DNA of 62,961 bases, filler included, from Thraustochytrium aureum (taxonomy: Eukaryota): NCBI GenBank assembly GCA_012862495.1. It is 6 parts of 2 records of this genome, joined end to end, with 100 filler letters (N's around TTAATTAATTAA, not from the genome) between each part and the next. Parts side by side here need not be neighbours in the genome. Positions count along the whole stretch, not along the records: positions 20,521 to 50,888 come from BLSG01000084.1; 5 more parts are not named here. One strand, given 5' to 3'. A program made the translations under genes and the position numbers. This document shows positions 33,784 through 44,763 of this stretch, in pieces. The first letter of the stretch is position 1; the number at the start of each line of letters is the position of its first letter. The notes under the pieces were generated by a model. It was not told the origin of the DNA, did not search any database, and was given only the letters and a program-made list of their open reading frames with translations.

Positions 33784-35113
33784 NNNNNNNNNNNNNNNNN
33801 NNNNNNNNNNNNNNNNNNNNNNNNNNNNNNNNNNNNNNNNNNNNNNNNNNNNNNNNNNNNNNNNNNNNNNNNNNNNNNNNNNNNNNNNNNNNNNNNNNNN
33901 NNNNNNNNNNNNNNNNNNNNNNNNNNNNNNNNNNNNNNNNNNNNNNNNNNNNNNNNNNNNNNNNNNNNNNNNNNNNNNNNNNNNNNNNNNNNNNNNNNNN
34001 NNNNNNNNNNNNNNNNNNNNNNNNNNNNNNNNNNNNNNNNNNNNNNNNNNNNNNNNNNNNNNNNNNNNNNNNNNNNNNNNNNNNNNNNNNNNNNNNNNNN
34101 NNNNNNNNNNNNNNNNNNNNNNNNNNNNNNNNNNNNNNNNNNNNNNNNNNNNNNNNNNNNNNNNNNNNNNNNNNNNNNNNNNNNNNNNNNNNNNNNNNNN
34201 NNNNNNNNNNNNNNNNNNNNNNNNNNNNNNNNNNNNNNNNNNNNNNNNNNNNNNNNNNNNNNNNNNNNNNNNNNNNNNNNNNNNNNNNNNNNNNNNNNNN
34301 NNNNNNNNNNNNNNNNNNNNNNNNNNNNNNNNNNNNNNNNNNNNNNNNNNNNNNNNNNNNNNNNNNNNNNNNNNNNNNNNNNNNNNNNNNNNNNNNNNNN
34401 NNNNNNNNNNNNNNNNNNNNNNNNNNNNNNNNNNNNNNNNNNNNNNNNNNNNNNNNNNNNNNNNNNNNNNNNNNNNNNNNNNNNNNNNNNNNNNNNNNNN
34501 NNNNNNNNNNNNNNNNNNNNNNNNNNNNNNNNNNNNNNNNNNNNNNNNNNNNNNNNNNNNNNNNNNNNNNNNNNNNNNNNNNNNNNNNNCCTACCTACCT
34601 ACCACAGCAACTCTGCAACACAATGTCGCGTTTCGTCGCGCGAGCGAGCGCACAATATTGATATTCAATATTTGCGTCAGTACTCAGCTACGCACCTTTG
34701 AGTATCTGTATACTGACATTCAGTTTCACTCGTCACCGTATACTGAAGTTCAGTATCTATATAGCGAAACTATGGACGGTCGGTCGGTGGACGGTGGGTG
34801 TTTGGGCTTTTTGAACGCACCGGCAGGCCGAACGCCACGAGAACGAGAACGTCATCGCCGGCCGGCCGGGCGCAGTCGTACTTCAAGGTACAGTAGTTGA
34901 TTTGTTGCTGTTCGCTCACGATCAAGAGAAAATCAAAACTCTGTTTTGGGGCTGGCAAGGTTCTGAACTAGAGCATGATGGTGGCCCAGGGGCGTTCGCG
35001 CTCTCATCACTCGTGCGACGCGAAGCGCTTCGCCGGCCGGCCGGGGCGCGTCCGAGGCATCTTTTCGGATACCATTCTGCCTTCTTATGGTTTGCACAAC
35101 GGGTGCTCGGTTG

Positions 35114-36087
35114 CTAGCCTGGCGGTTGCGGCTTCGCCAGAGCAAGACCATCATGGTCTGTCGCGAGTCGTAGCCGCTTTCTCTCCCGCGCCGCGCCGCC
35201 ACCGACTGCAGCACTACAGTCGTCACTATCGTCGACCGTGATGATATCAACGCCCCGGTCTTGCTGGCCCTCCGTTTGGCGCGCTATGTATGCCCAAATC
35301 TTGTCCGATACGCTTGTGTTGCTGAGTTTTCTTAATTCTTGCCTGGGTTCACGCGGCGACTTGATGTGCCGAGCGCGCGAGTGTCCAACGCTCTGTGGCC
35401 TTTTACGTACTGGATCGCTAGAATCTATTTCAGGTGCGGACTCTATGCCGTCAATTGCTGATCTGGATTGTGCGCTGGCAGTCGTTGATCCGTCCTCGTG
35501 GTCCACCTCTGCTTCACGGCTTTGGTTTTGGTGGGGGCCGACTGCATCAGAGTCGTCAGCCGACTCGTCAATTGGGGCTCCAAACCTGTTTGCGGTCTCC
35601 ATGTCGCCAAGAATAGAGCCGAGCTCGGCAACAAGGGGAGCAGGGCTCGGTTGCGAAGGTCGGAGGTTTCNGCGCTCCACGTTCCCTCCTTCGAGCCGTC
35701 ACGCTCTGCCTGATGCATGTCCTCAGTCTCCCGGTCCCCATCCGCTACTTGCTTGGTCTCCTCTGGAAGCTGAGGTTCTGGCAGGTTTGGCGCTGCGAGG
35801 GCCGGCTCGCCCTCGGGGTCTGTTTCGTCAACCCCCAAGCTTTCCTCAACACCTCTTTGCAACGCCACGCGCTTGAGCATGGCAGCAAGCGCATGGCAAC
35901 CAATAGCGAGCCCTTCTTCAGTGCCACCGGCTCCAGCCCGCTCGCCGCGAAGTCTGGTGAGTTGGTCAGTCAACTCGCGGATCACTTGGAGCGCCGCGTC
36001 CAGCGCGGCCTCGAGCCGCACCTTGGCATCTTCGATCGCCTTCGCCTCGCCAAAAGAGTCTGACGCTTCCGCTTTACTGCCTCTCAT
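35114..36087 (-). CDS. Hypothetical protein with N-terminal coiled coil (frame break at the ambiguous base 35671)
   Basis: ORFs 35443..36141 and 35114..35680 join around the single n; composition looks coding; no family recognised. Confidence 0.4.
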
Positions 36088-36616
36088 GCTGGCGCCCTCC
36101 GCTCGCGGGGGCGTCGCGCCCCGGATGGCGCAGGGGCGCAAGACCCTCGTCGCTGGTCTGTTTTCTCACTTTGTGAATTTGACAAACAAATCGCGAGTGA
36201 TTGGAGGCAAGTTGCGAGTTCCACCTTGACATTGGCCAGCCAGCCAGCGACATCGACGAGGGGCCGACGAAGATGGCGAGCTCGCAGCAGCAGCAACTCC
36301 GATGCCGCAACGGATCGATGCTCGTGCTCGCCTGCTGTCGCTTTGCCGCTGCGAGCGAGAACGCTCGTTGGTAGGACGAGCCTTCGGCTCGGATGTGGTC
36401 CATGACCGCCAACGCGCGCACAAACACACGACGCTATGTGCTGCGCGGAGAGGACTGCCGGCGGCTCGATCATGGCGCGTGCAAGTAAAGGCCTCAGAGA
36501 TCAAAGTTGCTTGTGGCTCGCTGAACGGGGCCAAGCGCACCACTCTCACGGAACGTCGTGAAGTGCGCCTGGTGTCAAAAACCTGCGACAGGCGCGGCGC
36601 CCGGATCTGCACGCGG

Positions 36617-39600
36617 TCAAGTAAGGTAGGCCAGCGCGTGCGGCAGAGTTTGCCGCAGCTTGAAGGCGAGCTCGCCGCGCACAGGCTGCTTGTGCTCAAA
36701 ATCCGGGGCGCGGCCCGCGGGAAGGACAGCAACAATGTCCAACACGTGCGCTGCGCTCGTCTCCACCCACTCGTCCAGACGCTCGAGCAGCGTTGGCGCG
36801 GCGCACCCGCGCGACTCGCACGGAGGAGCCTGGCACGAAACAAGCCCGATGGCAGGAGCGCCTCAAGCTGGCAGATCCGCGGGGAAAGCTCAGGGTCGTC
36901 GGCACGAGCACAGAGGAGGACGGAGCCTACTGGGGCGACAGTCGAGTCGCGACTGAGACACGACGCGCTGCCATCCGCGGCTCGCCCGCCAGAGGGCTTG
37001 AATAGCGCCAAGTTGGCGACGCTGCCAGAGCTCGAGCGGCGAGGGGCTGGTGCCCGCGCCTCCACCCGTTGCTCGGCCGCCTCGAATGCGGCAGCTAGCT
37101 CGTCTGCCTGGTCACCGGCCTCGGCGAGCCGCAGCGCCACAGGAGTGTATTGCGGATCTAGCTCGCGACCTTGTGCGAGCGGTTCCCCGGCTCGAATGCA
37201 GTCAAACAGGTACGAAGGCGAGACCACGGGCAGACCGGCCTTGTGAGCAGACGCGACGTCGCGCACGAGCGCCTCGTCGCGCGCGTCGGCATCCGCGACA
37301 CACCAGACGAGCTGAACGGCTTTTGCTGTGATCGCGCCCATGGCAGACTCGATGCTCTCGTACATCTCCGCGCCCGCCAAGGAAGCAAGCTTGTGCAGCC
37401 AGGTCCGGTTCGGCTTGTCCTTGTCCTTGTCCTGGTCCTTGTCCTGGTGCTTGTCCTGGTGCTTGTCCTGGTCCTTGCCCTGGTCCATGTCCTGGTCCAT
37501 GTCCTGGTCCTTGTCCTTGTCCTGGTCCGGATCCTGGCCGCCACCTAGCAAGACTACGCCATGGCCGCGCAACGGGGGCTGCCCTGCAGGCCTGGCATTT
37601 CCCAAAGCGGTCGCGCATTCGGCAAGTGCTGACTCGCGCTGTTCGCAGGTCGCAGGTTCTTGCTGATCATGGCGCAAAAAACGAAGGGNNNNNNNNNNNN
37701 NNNNNNNNNNNNNNNNNNNNNNNNNNNNNNNNNNNNNNNNNNNNNNNNNNNNNNNNNNNNNNNNNNNNNNAACGAAAGGGACTCGTCGTCGACGGCGACG
37801 CTGGAAGTTCGTACGATGTCCAGGGCTGGATCTCACCGCGCTCTACTGAGTCCGCAAGGAAGCCAAAGTGGAGGACGCGCTTTCCAAGGGCGAGAGCGAC
37901 GAGATGCTCCGGCGAGCCGATTGCCGTGCCGTACGCAAGCACGACCGCGTTCTCCTGGCGAAGAAGGTCAATCTCAAACATAGCGTCCAAACTCGACACC
38001 TCGAAAAACACAGCGCCAGAAGACTCTGCCGCCTTGGGGATGCTCGATGGCGCGACACCGCCAATGCTCGTGAAAATCCAATCCTTGAACAGATTCGCAG
38101 TGGAGGCGCGGCGGTGGTTTGAAGCTGCAGACTTGTTGGCACGAGAGCGATCAGGGCCACCGTCTTCCGCGTCTACGCCGTCACTCACGCCGCCGTCAAC
38201 AAAGGTCTGGTCAACGTCGTCCTCCTCCGCTTCCTCGTTGACGCTCCTCGGAGCGGAGTTCTTTTTGGGGTTGTGACGCGCCTTGTTGACCGAAGAGCGC
38301 TTCTTGGACGCCGTGCTTCCTGCGCTCTGCAGCTGGCTGCTCTCGCTTGTGTACGATTCAAGGGGGGGCATGGTCGCAGGCAAGGGGTCGCCATATTCTC
38401 GATGCCGAACGTAGGCGCGATACTCGGCGAGCATGTCTGGACTCTCGCGCACCATCTTGATAAGCTCTTCCTTCGAGGTGCAAAAGTCAACGCAAGGGGT
38501 TCCTTCAGGCATGCCTCGCTTGGGCGGCTGCACTCCTGGCGCCAGATAGAACCAGTCGATGAGACCACGCCCGTTCACCGCGGTCCAACCCTTGAACCGG
38601 GTCAAGTACAGATACGTTTCCGAGTACTCCACGGCAATGTCCTCATCCGGCAGACGCACCTGAGTGTCGTCTTCTGCCGACGCAGAAGCGACCCCGGCGC
38701 TACCGTTGGCGGCTGCGTCTTTTGCGGTGTGCCTACCAAGCTCGTCAGGTTCGGTCGAATCCGAGGAGGACAAGCGCCCCCGCTGTTGCGCCGACTTCCT
38801 GCGCCCCACAGCCGTGGCGCTAGTCTCCCTGGCTTGCGGGTCAGGCTTGCCCAGCTTGCGAGGCTTCTTGAGCGCGGCGTCGCCCGCCAACTTGAGTTTG
38901 CTCTTGCGGCCTGGCTTGTTGGGTCGCTTGGACAGGAGGTCGTCAAGCGTGAGCGGCGTCTCGTCCGCTGGGTTCCTGCGGGAACTTCGCACATCAACCT
39001 GCGCCAGCGTATAGTGGAAGACCTCAGCAAAATGGTCGATCCCAAAAGCCAGAATGTCGCGCTCGTTGAAGTGGCCGTCTTGGCAGAGGGGGTGGCAGCG
39101 AGGCTCGCTCTTCATCTGCGGGCGGCACAAACCAAAAGCGAAACCTGCTGTCCCGCGACTCCGTCACTGTCCAGTCCCGCTGCTGAAGAAACTGCCAAAA
39201 CTCGGAGAGAAGGGCACGCGACAGAGCAGGGTTGCTCTTCACCTTGAGCAGAACGGCGTCGACTTCTTCGGAACGACTTTTATGGCGCTGAGCCACAGCT
39301 CGGCGCTTTCCTGCGGCGACCTCGCGCGCGCGGGCGGCCGCACCCCTCCGCAGATTGGTTTCGCGCTCCAGCTCAGCCCACGTGTCTACGCTCTCAACTT
39401 GGGCCTCTGCGGAGCTGCGCTTGGTGCCGCGCGCACTTCTTTCGGCCGCCGCGCGTTTGTTGGAGAGTGGCTCGCCGATGCTGGCCCCGCCTGCTGGGTC
39501 GGTGCTCCCGCTCGCGCTGCTGTCGTCCTCTCCTTCCGTCAGCGACGCGGCTCGTGCGCCTCGTTCCGCTCGAGTAGTGGCCGCTGAAGCCTGCCCCTTG

Positions 39601-40261
39601 TNNNNNNNNNNNNNNNNNNNNNNNNNNNNNNNNNNNNNNNNNNNNNNNNNNNNNNNNNNNNNNNNNNNNNNNNNNNNNNNNNNNNNNNNNNNNNNNNNNN
39701 NNNNNNNNNNNNNNNNNNNNNNNNNNNNNNNNNNNNNNNNNNNNNNNNNNNNNNNNNNNNNNNNNNNNNNNNNNNNNNNNNNNNNNNNNNNNNNNNNNNN
39801 NNNNNNNNNNNNNNNNNNNNNNNNNNNNNNNNNNNNNNNNNNNNNNNNNNNNNNNNNNNNNNNNNNNNNNNNNNNNNNNNNNNNNNNNNNNNNNNNNNNN
39901 NNNNNNNNNNNNNNNNNNNNNNNNNNNNNNNNNNNNNNNNNNNNNNNNNNNNNNNNNNNNNNNNNNNNNNNNNNNNNNNNNNNNNNNNNNNNNNNNNNNN
40001 NNNNNNNNNNNNNNNNNNNNNNNNNNNNNNNNNNNNNNNNNNNNNNNNNNNNNNNNNNNNNNNNNNNNNNNNNNNNNNNNNNNNNNNNNNNNNNNNNNNN
40101 NNNNNNNNNNNNNNNNNNNNNNNNNNCGGCTGGGCGTCGCTCTTGCCGCGCCGCTTCGCGGTCTTGGCGCGATTCTCGGCGGTTGCCCCCATCTTGCGCT
40201 TGCTCAACTTGGCATCTCTAGCCAGCCGCCCCTTCCCATCGTCATGCCGAGCGGGCGGCAT
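36617..40261 (-). CDS. Large nuclear tandem-BRCT protein (DNA-damage/chromatin scaffold-like), gapped and frameshifted; start tentative
   Basis: BRCT1 LFKDWIFTSIG...LVALALGKRVLHFGFLADSVERGEIQPWTSYEL; BRCT2 PLRGHGVVLLG...KAGLPVVSPSYLFDCIRAG; basic NLS-like segments; an alternative frame ends ...ALAYLT* at 36617. Confidence 0.65.
37413..37536 (-). repeat. Coding 6/12-bp minisatellite (GACCAG/GACAAG/GACATG; DQ-DK-DM run) inside the second BRCT domain
   Basis: QDPDQDKDKDQDMDQDMDQGKDQDKHQDKHQDKDQDKDKDK. Confidence 0.9.
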
Positions 40262-40712
40262 TCTGGCCGGCAGAGCTTGGCTTGGCGGGCGTCCTCCACG
40301 ATCTCGCAAGGCCGAGCGCCGGGTGACGCCAGCGCAGCTCCTGGCGACGCGAGCGCGGTCGGGCGTAGAAATGCGCAGAAATGCGCCGTGGGCTCGCCGC
40401 GAGTCCTATCCGCCACGCGGGTGCTTGCCCGGCCGGCCTGCGCGCCGCGCGCTCGAAGCCTTTCGGGCTCTGCCGAGCAGCTCTGGTTGGCGAATTCGAA
40501 ATGCCGTTCTTAAAGCTCGCGGTCATTTATAAGGTTGATTAAGGTTGGGTGTGGGACGCAGGCGCTAATTTCTTGCAGAGCACCTGGTCGCGGCGCCTGC
40601 CCTCAAGCGCCGAACGCGACGCAGCTCTGGGGAGTCTACCGCGGCACGGCGCGCTCGAGCGGCGCGATCGACCGTGGCGGCCCTAGCGCGCCGCGCGCTC
40701 AGGTTCCGGCGC

Positions 40713-41579
40713 ATGAAGTCGTCCGGGGACTCGGATTCTGCGACGGATGCTGCTGTCACGGCTCCGGCCTGCGCGCTGGTTGACGTCCCTGTCGAGGTCT
40801 TGCGGCGGGCGCTGCTGCCGCTGCTAGACGAGAGGGAGCTGGTTCAGCTGGCAGCAGCTGCCACGCAGTTTGCTGTTGTTGCGCTCGATGAGGGGCTGTG
40901 GGCGGCCAGGCTGCGAGCAGAGTGGGCGGGGAAGGCCTATGTCGCGGTCCGGTTTCGCAGGATGAGGCCGGGCCCCGAGGCGGTCTTTGGCGCCCGAAAG
41001 GACGCGCGCCGACGCGTCTTTCTTGGGCTTGACGAGCTCGCGGCCATGCATTTTCACTTTACGCTGAAGCCCCAAGCCGGCTCGCTGCACGAGCTTGATC
41101 CCTTGCTCCAACGCAATCGTCGTGCGAGGCGAAGTGGCGCGGCAGCCGAGGAGCAGCAACCCATCCCCATGTACAGGCGGTTCGCCGACGGCTCTTGCCA
41201 CCGGTCGCCCCGCCAGCCGGTCGAGGGCCCAGGGGCGGCCTTTGCTGTGTGCGCCGGGGTCGACCCCATAGCGCGGTTTGAGCTCGAGTTCGGACGGATC
41301 GCGCCGAGCATCGACTTCACCTTGACGCTGGCAACTACAGAAGGCGGCGAGGCCATCGCCAGCGCTATAAAGGTCCTTGAGATGCCAGAGCTCGTTGTGT
41401 CTCGGTGTCCCGACAACTGGGCGTTTCGCCTCGACAGCGCGTGGGCTCGCTACGAGACCTGCAGCCGGGAGACGCTGCTCAACCTGCCTCGATCACATGG
41501 CGTTACGCCTTTCTGCGAGCTGGCGCGCGCGGCTGACCCCGGACCGGCAGCGGGGATGCAGCCGGGACCGGACATGTAG
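40713..41579 (+). CDS. F-box protein
   Basis: LVDVPVEVLRRALLPLLDERELVQLAAAATQFAVVALDEGLW...W matches the F-box consensus; C-terminal region not recognised. Confidence 0.7.
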   Translation: MKSSGDSDSATDAAVTAPACALVDVPVEVLRRALLPLLDERELVQLAAAATQFAVVALDEGLWAARLRAEWAGKAYVAVRFRRMRPGPEAVFGARKDARRRVFLGLDELAAMHFHFTLKPQAGSLHELDPLLQRNRRARRSGAAAEEQQPIPMYRRFADGSCHRSPRQPVEGPGAAFAVCAGVDPIARFELEFGRIAPSIDFTLTLATTEGGEAIASAIKVLEMPELVVSRCPDNWAFRLDSAWARYETCSRETLLNLPRSHGVTPFCELARAADPGPAAGMQPGPDM

Positions 41580-42470
41580 GATCGAACGACAGGGGGCGCT
41601 CGTGCAACTGTGATAGACAAAGTACTCAAGTCACCTCCCGGGCACGCTCCGCTTCGGAGCCGCCCGCCCCTCCCTCCTCCGGCTTCTTCCGAGTACATNN
41701 NNNNNNNNNNNNNNNNNNNNNNNNNNNNNNNNNNNNNNNNNNNNNNNNNNNNNNNNNNNNNNNNNNNNNNNNNNNNNNNNNNNNNNNNNNNNNNNNNNNN
41801 NNNNNNNNNNNNNNNNNNNNNNNNNNNNNNNNNNNNNNNNNNNNNNNNNNNNNNNNNNNNNNNNNNNNNNNNNNNNNNNNNNNNNNNNNNNNNNNNNNNN
41901 NNNNNNNNNNNNNNNNNNNNNNNNNNNNNNNNNNNNNNNNNNNNNNNNNNNNNNNNNNNNNNNNNNNNNNNNNNNNNNNNNNNNNNNNNNNNNNNNNNNN
42001 NNNNNNNNNNNNNNNNNNNNNNNNNNNNNNNNNNNNNNNNNNNNNNNNNNNNNNNNNNNNNNNNNNNNNNNNNNNNNNNNNNNNNNNNNNNNNNNNNNNN
42101 NNNNNNNNNNNNNNNNNNNNNNNNNNNNNNNNNNNNNNNNNNNNNNNNNNNNNNNNNNNNNNNNNNNNNNNNNNNNNNNNNNNNNNNNNNNNNNNNNNNN
42201 NNNNNNNNNNNNNNNNNNNNNNNNNNNNNNNNNNNNNNNNNNNNNNNNNNNNNNNNNNNNNNNNNNNNNNCACCGAAGGCCCGGTACCAGGAGGGGCGCT
42301 GCCGACCGCCGAGAGTGCGCGAAACGCGATTTGCGCTCCTTAAATCGAATCGCGACGAACGGACGCTCCCGTCGCGCGACCTGACGCACAAACCAGCGCC
42401 GAGGGCCGCCGCCAGGTTCTGACTCGGCGGCGCACGCTGCTGGGCTCTCGATAAGCTTGTGGCGGGCAGG

Positions 42471-43565
42471 ATGAGCTGGGATGGCGCCGCCAAACAGGGC
42501 GCGAACAAGCGCAAGTCGCGCCACAGCGTCGTAGACCTGGCCAGCAGCGACGACGAGTCGATGCCGATGCCAGGGCGCAAGAGGTACAGGGGCCGCGGTG
42601 GCGCTGGCGCAAGCAGCGCAGCTGCTCGGCGACGTCCAGCGCAGCAGGCTAACCTTAGGGTGCAAGACACGCTAGCTGCAAGCAGGCTCGTTGGAAGGAG
42701 CCCATGGCTCGACGACAACGAGATGGACGACCTCCACCACGAATTTGAGGACGAAGATAGGTACGACGGCCTCGCGGCGCATGGGGGGGGCTTTGGCCGA
42801 GCCGCTTTTCTGCAGAGAATGCGGGAAGCGGATGCTAGCATGGCTATGACTGTCGACAAGTCGCGCGCCGCCGAGAAGGCCAGAGAGGACGCCGAGTTGC
42901 GCAGGAAGCAGGACGAAGAGATGCAGCTCTCGATGGCCATGGACCTCTCCAAAGCGGAGGAGAAGCGGCGAGCAGAGATGGAAGCCGCCCGCCGCGAGAA
43001 GCGTGCAAGGCGGGCCGCTGAAGCTGAGGCAAACCGAAAGTCCGACAAGGTCGCAAGCATGGAGAAGCGGCGCTCCGCACTCCGCGAGTCGTTCGATAGC
43101 GAGCCGCTGTATCAGGGGCCTGGAGCGATTCGAATCCGGCTGGACGTGCCTGGAAAGCGAGAGGTGCGCGCGTTTCGCGGGGACGACCGCGTCGGGCGCT
43201 TGTTCGACTGGTTCGTACTCAACGACGCGCGCTGTGAGCGCGCGCTGTCGTTTCAGGTGGTGTTGCCCGGTGGGCGCCGCCTGGACTCGACGTGCGGCGG
43301 CGACACGCGTCGAAAGCCGCTTGCCGATTTGCAGTTGGACATGGCTTGTGTGCGCGCGGTCGTGCTCGAGGAAGACCCTGACTTGGAGGACCTTCCGGAT
43401 GTGGCGCAAGCGTCGCTGGAGCAGCTCTCCTTCGGGGGTGGTGTCGCGCTTGGCGCTGGCTCGCCTCGGAAGCGGGAAGGCAGCGCAGTGTTGACGAAAG
43501 CGTTAGTTTCGACCTCGTCTTCGTCGTCCTCTTCGTCGAGTGGGTCGAGCGTCATCATCCTGTGA
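42471..43565 (+). CDS. UIM- and UBX-domain protein (p97/Cdc48 adaptor-like)
   Basis: UIM DEEMQLSMAMDLSKAE; coiled coil; UBX-like EP...IRIRLDVPGKREVRAFRGDDRVGRLFDWF...LADLQL. Confidence 0.72.
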   Translation: MSWDGAAKQGANKRKSRHSVVDLASSDDESMPMPGRKRYRGRGGAGASSAAARRRPAQQANLRVQDTLAASRLVGRSPWLDDNEMDDLHHEFEDEDRYDGLAAHGGGFGRAAFLQRMREADASMAMTVDKSRAAEKAREDAELRRKQDEEMQLSMAMDLSKAEEKRRAEMEAARREKRARRAAEAEANRKSDKVASMEKRRSALRESFDSEPLYQGPGAIRIRLDVPGKREVRAFRGDDRVGRLFDWFVLNDARCERALSFQVVLPGGRRLDSTCGGDTRRKPLADLQLDMACVRAVVLEEDPDLEDLPDVAQASLEQLSFGGGVALGAGSPRKREGSAVLTKALVSTSSSSSSSSSGSSVIIL

Positions 43566-44295
43566 GTCTGACGAGGCAGCAACGGTAGGCCTTCTTCAGC
43601 TACTGTAAATGCAAGCAGGGTTGCTTCCTTCCCATTTGATTGATTGAGATGACAGCCACCGCCGGCGCCCTTCCTCAACGACGCATTCTCGGTGCCGCTA
43701 TCGCTCATTCCGAGCCTTGGTGTTGCAGAGAGTAGAGTACTCTGCATCCACCCATCCATCCATCCCAGCATCCATCCACCCCAACATCCACCCCAACAGG
43801 CGAGCAGCCTGCCTCGCAGCGCGCCGCACGGGACGCGGGCCAGGCGCGCCCACCACCGCGGGAGCGCACGGAGTATCCCCTTCGACGGGGGGCGGCGGCG
43901 AGGAGGGCGGCGAAATCAGTCGATCCANNNNNNNNNNNNNNNNNNNNNNNNNNNNNNNNNNNNNNNNNNNNNNNNNNNNNNNNNNNNNNNNNNNNNNNNN
44001 NNNNNNNNNNNNNNNNNNNNNNNNNNNNNNNNNNNNNNNNNNNNNNNNNNNNNNNNNNNNNNNNNNNNNNNNNNNNNNNNNNNNNNNNNNNNNNNNNNNN
44101 NNNNNNNNNNNNNNNNNNNNNNNNNNNNNNNNNNNNNNNNNNNNNNNNNNNNNNNNNNNNNNNNNNNNNNNNNNNNNNNNNNNNNNNNNNNNNNNNNNNN
44201 NNNNNNNNNNNNNNNNNNNNNNNNNNNNNTGCACGAACGACGTCACGAAGCGTGCCTTGCCTGCCTTCCTGCCAGTGCCTGCCTGCCCGCGTGCC

Positions 44296-44520
44296 TGGCT
44301 GGCTGGCTGGCTGGCATCCAGAGCCCATTCGCGGCCGGCCGAGGAGCGCGTGCGGGGCGCGGCGGCGCCGCAGGGGTTGGTTGATTCTGCGTGCGGGTTG
44401 GGCGCGGTCGCTCGTGGAGCTTGATTGATTGATTGATTGATTGCCCTGTTGCGCGCGCGGCGGCAGTAGCTTGAGGCGCAGGCTGGCTGGCTGGCTGGCT
44501 GGCTCGCGGGCTGGCTGGCT
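44296..44520. repeat. Cluster of tetranucleotide microsatellites (CTGG)n and (TGAT)n upstream of the MAPK
   Basis: ctggctggctgg at 44296 and 44481; tgattgattgattg at 44421. Confidence 0.8.
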
Positions 44521-44763
44521 GTTCGGCGGTCGGGCTCTGCTTGTTGGTGAGTCGCGGGACACAGGAGGAGACCCCCGACGCGCCAAGCAAGTGCGCGAAG
44601 GCAGACGGCTGCGCGCGGCACGGGTGGTGCGCTGGGCGATAGCGCGCGCTGCCTCTAGAGGGCTGGCGCGTTTTGGGGCTCGAGCCGCAACGGGCCTTTC
44701 GTGGTTCGAGCGAAAGTCAACTTGGGTTGCAAGGCAGGGCTTTCTGGTTGCTGGTGCCGCGTG

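Noticed and set aside
34650..34765. CRISPR array
   Set aside because: Units are degenerate, there are no unique spacers of CRISPR length and no cas genes, and the context is eukaryotic.
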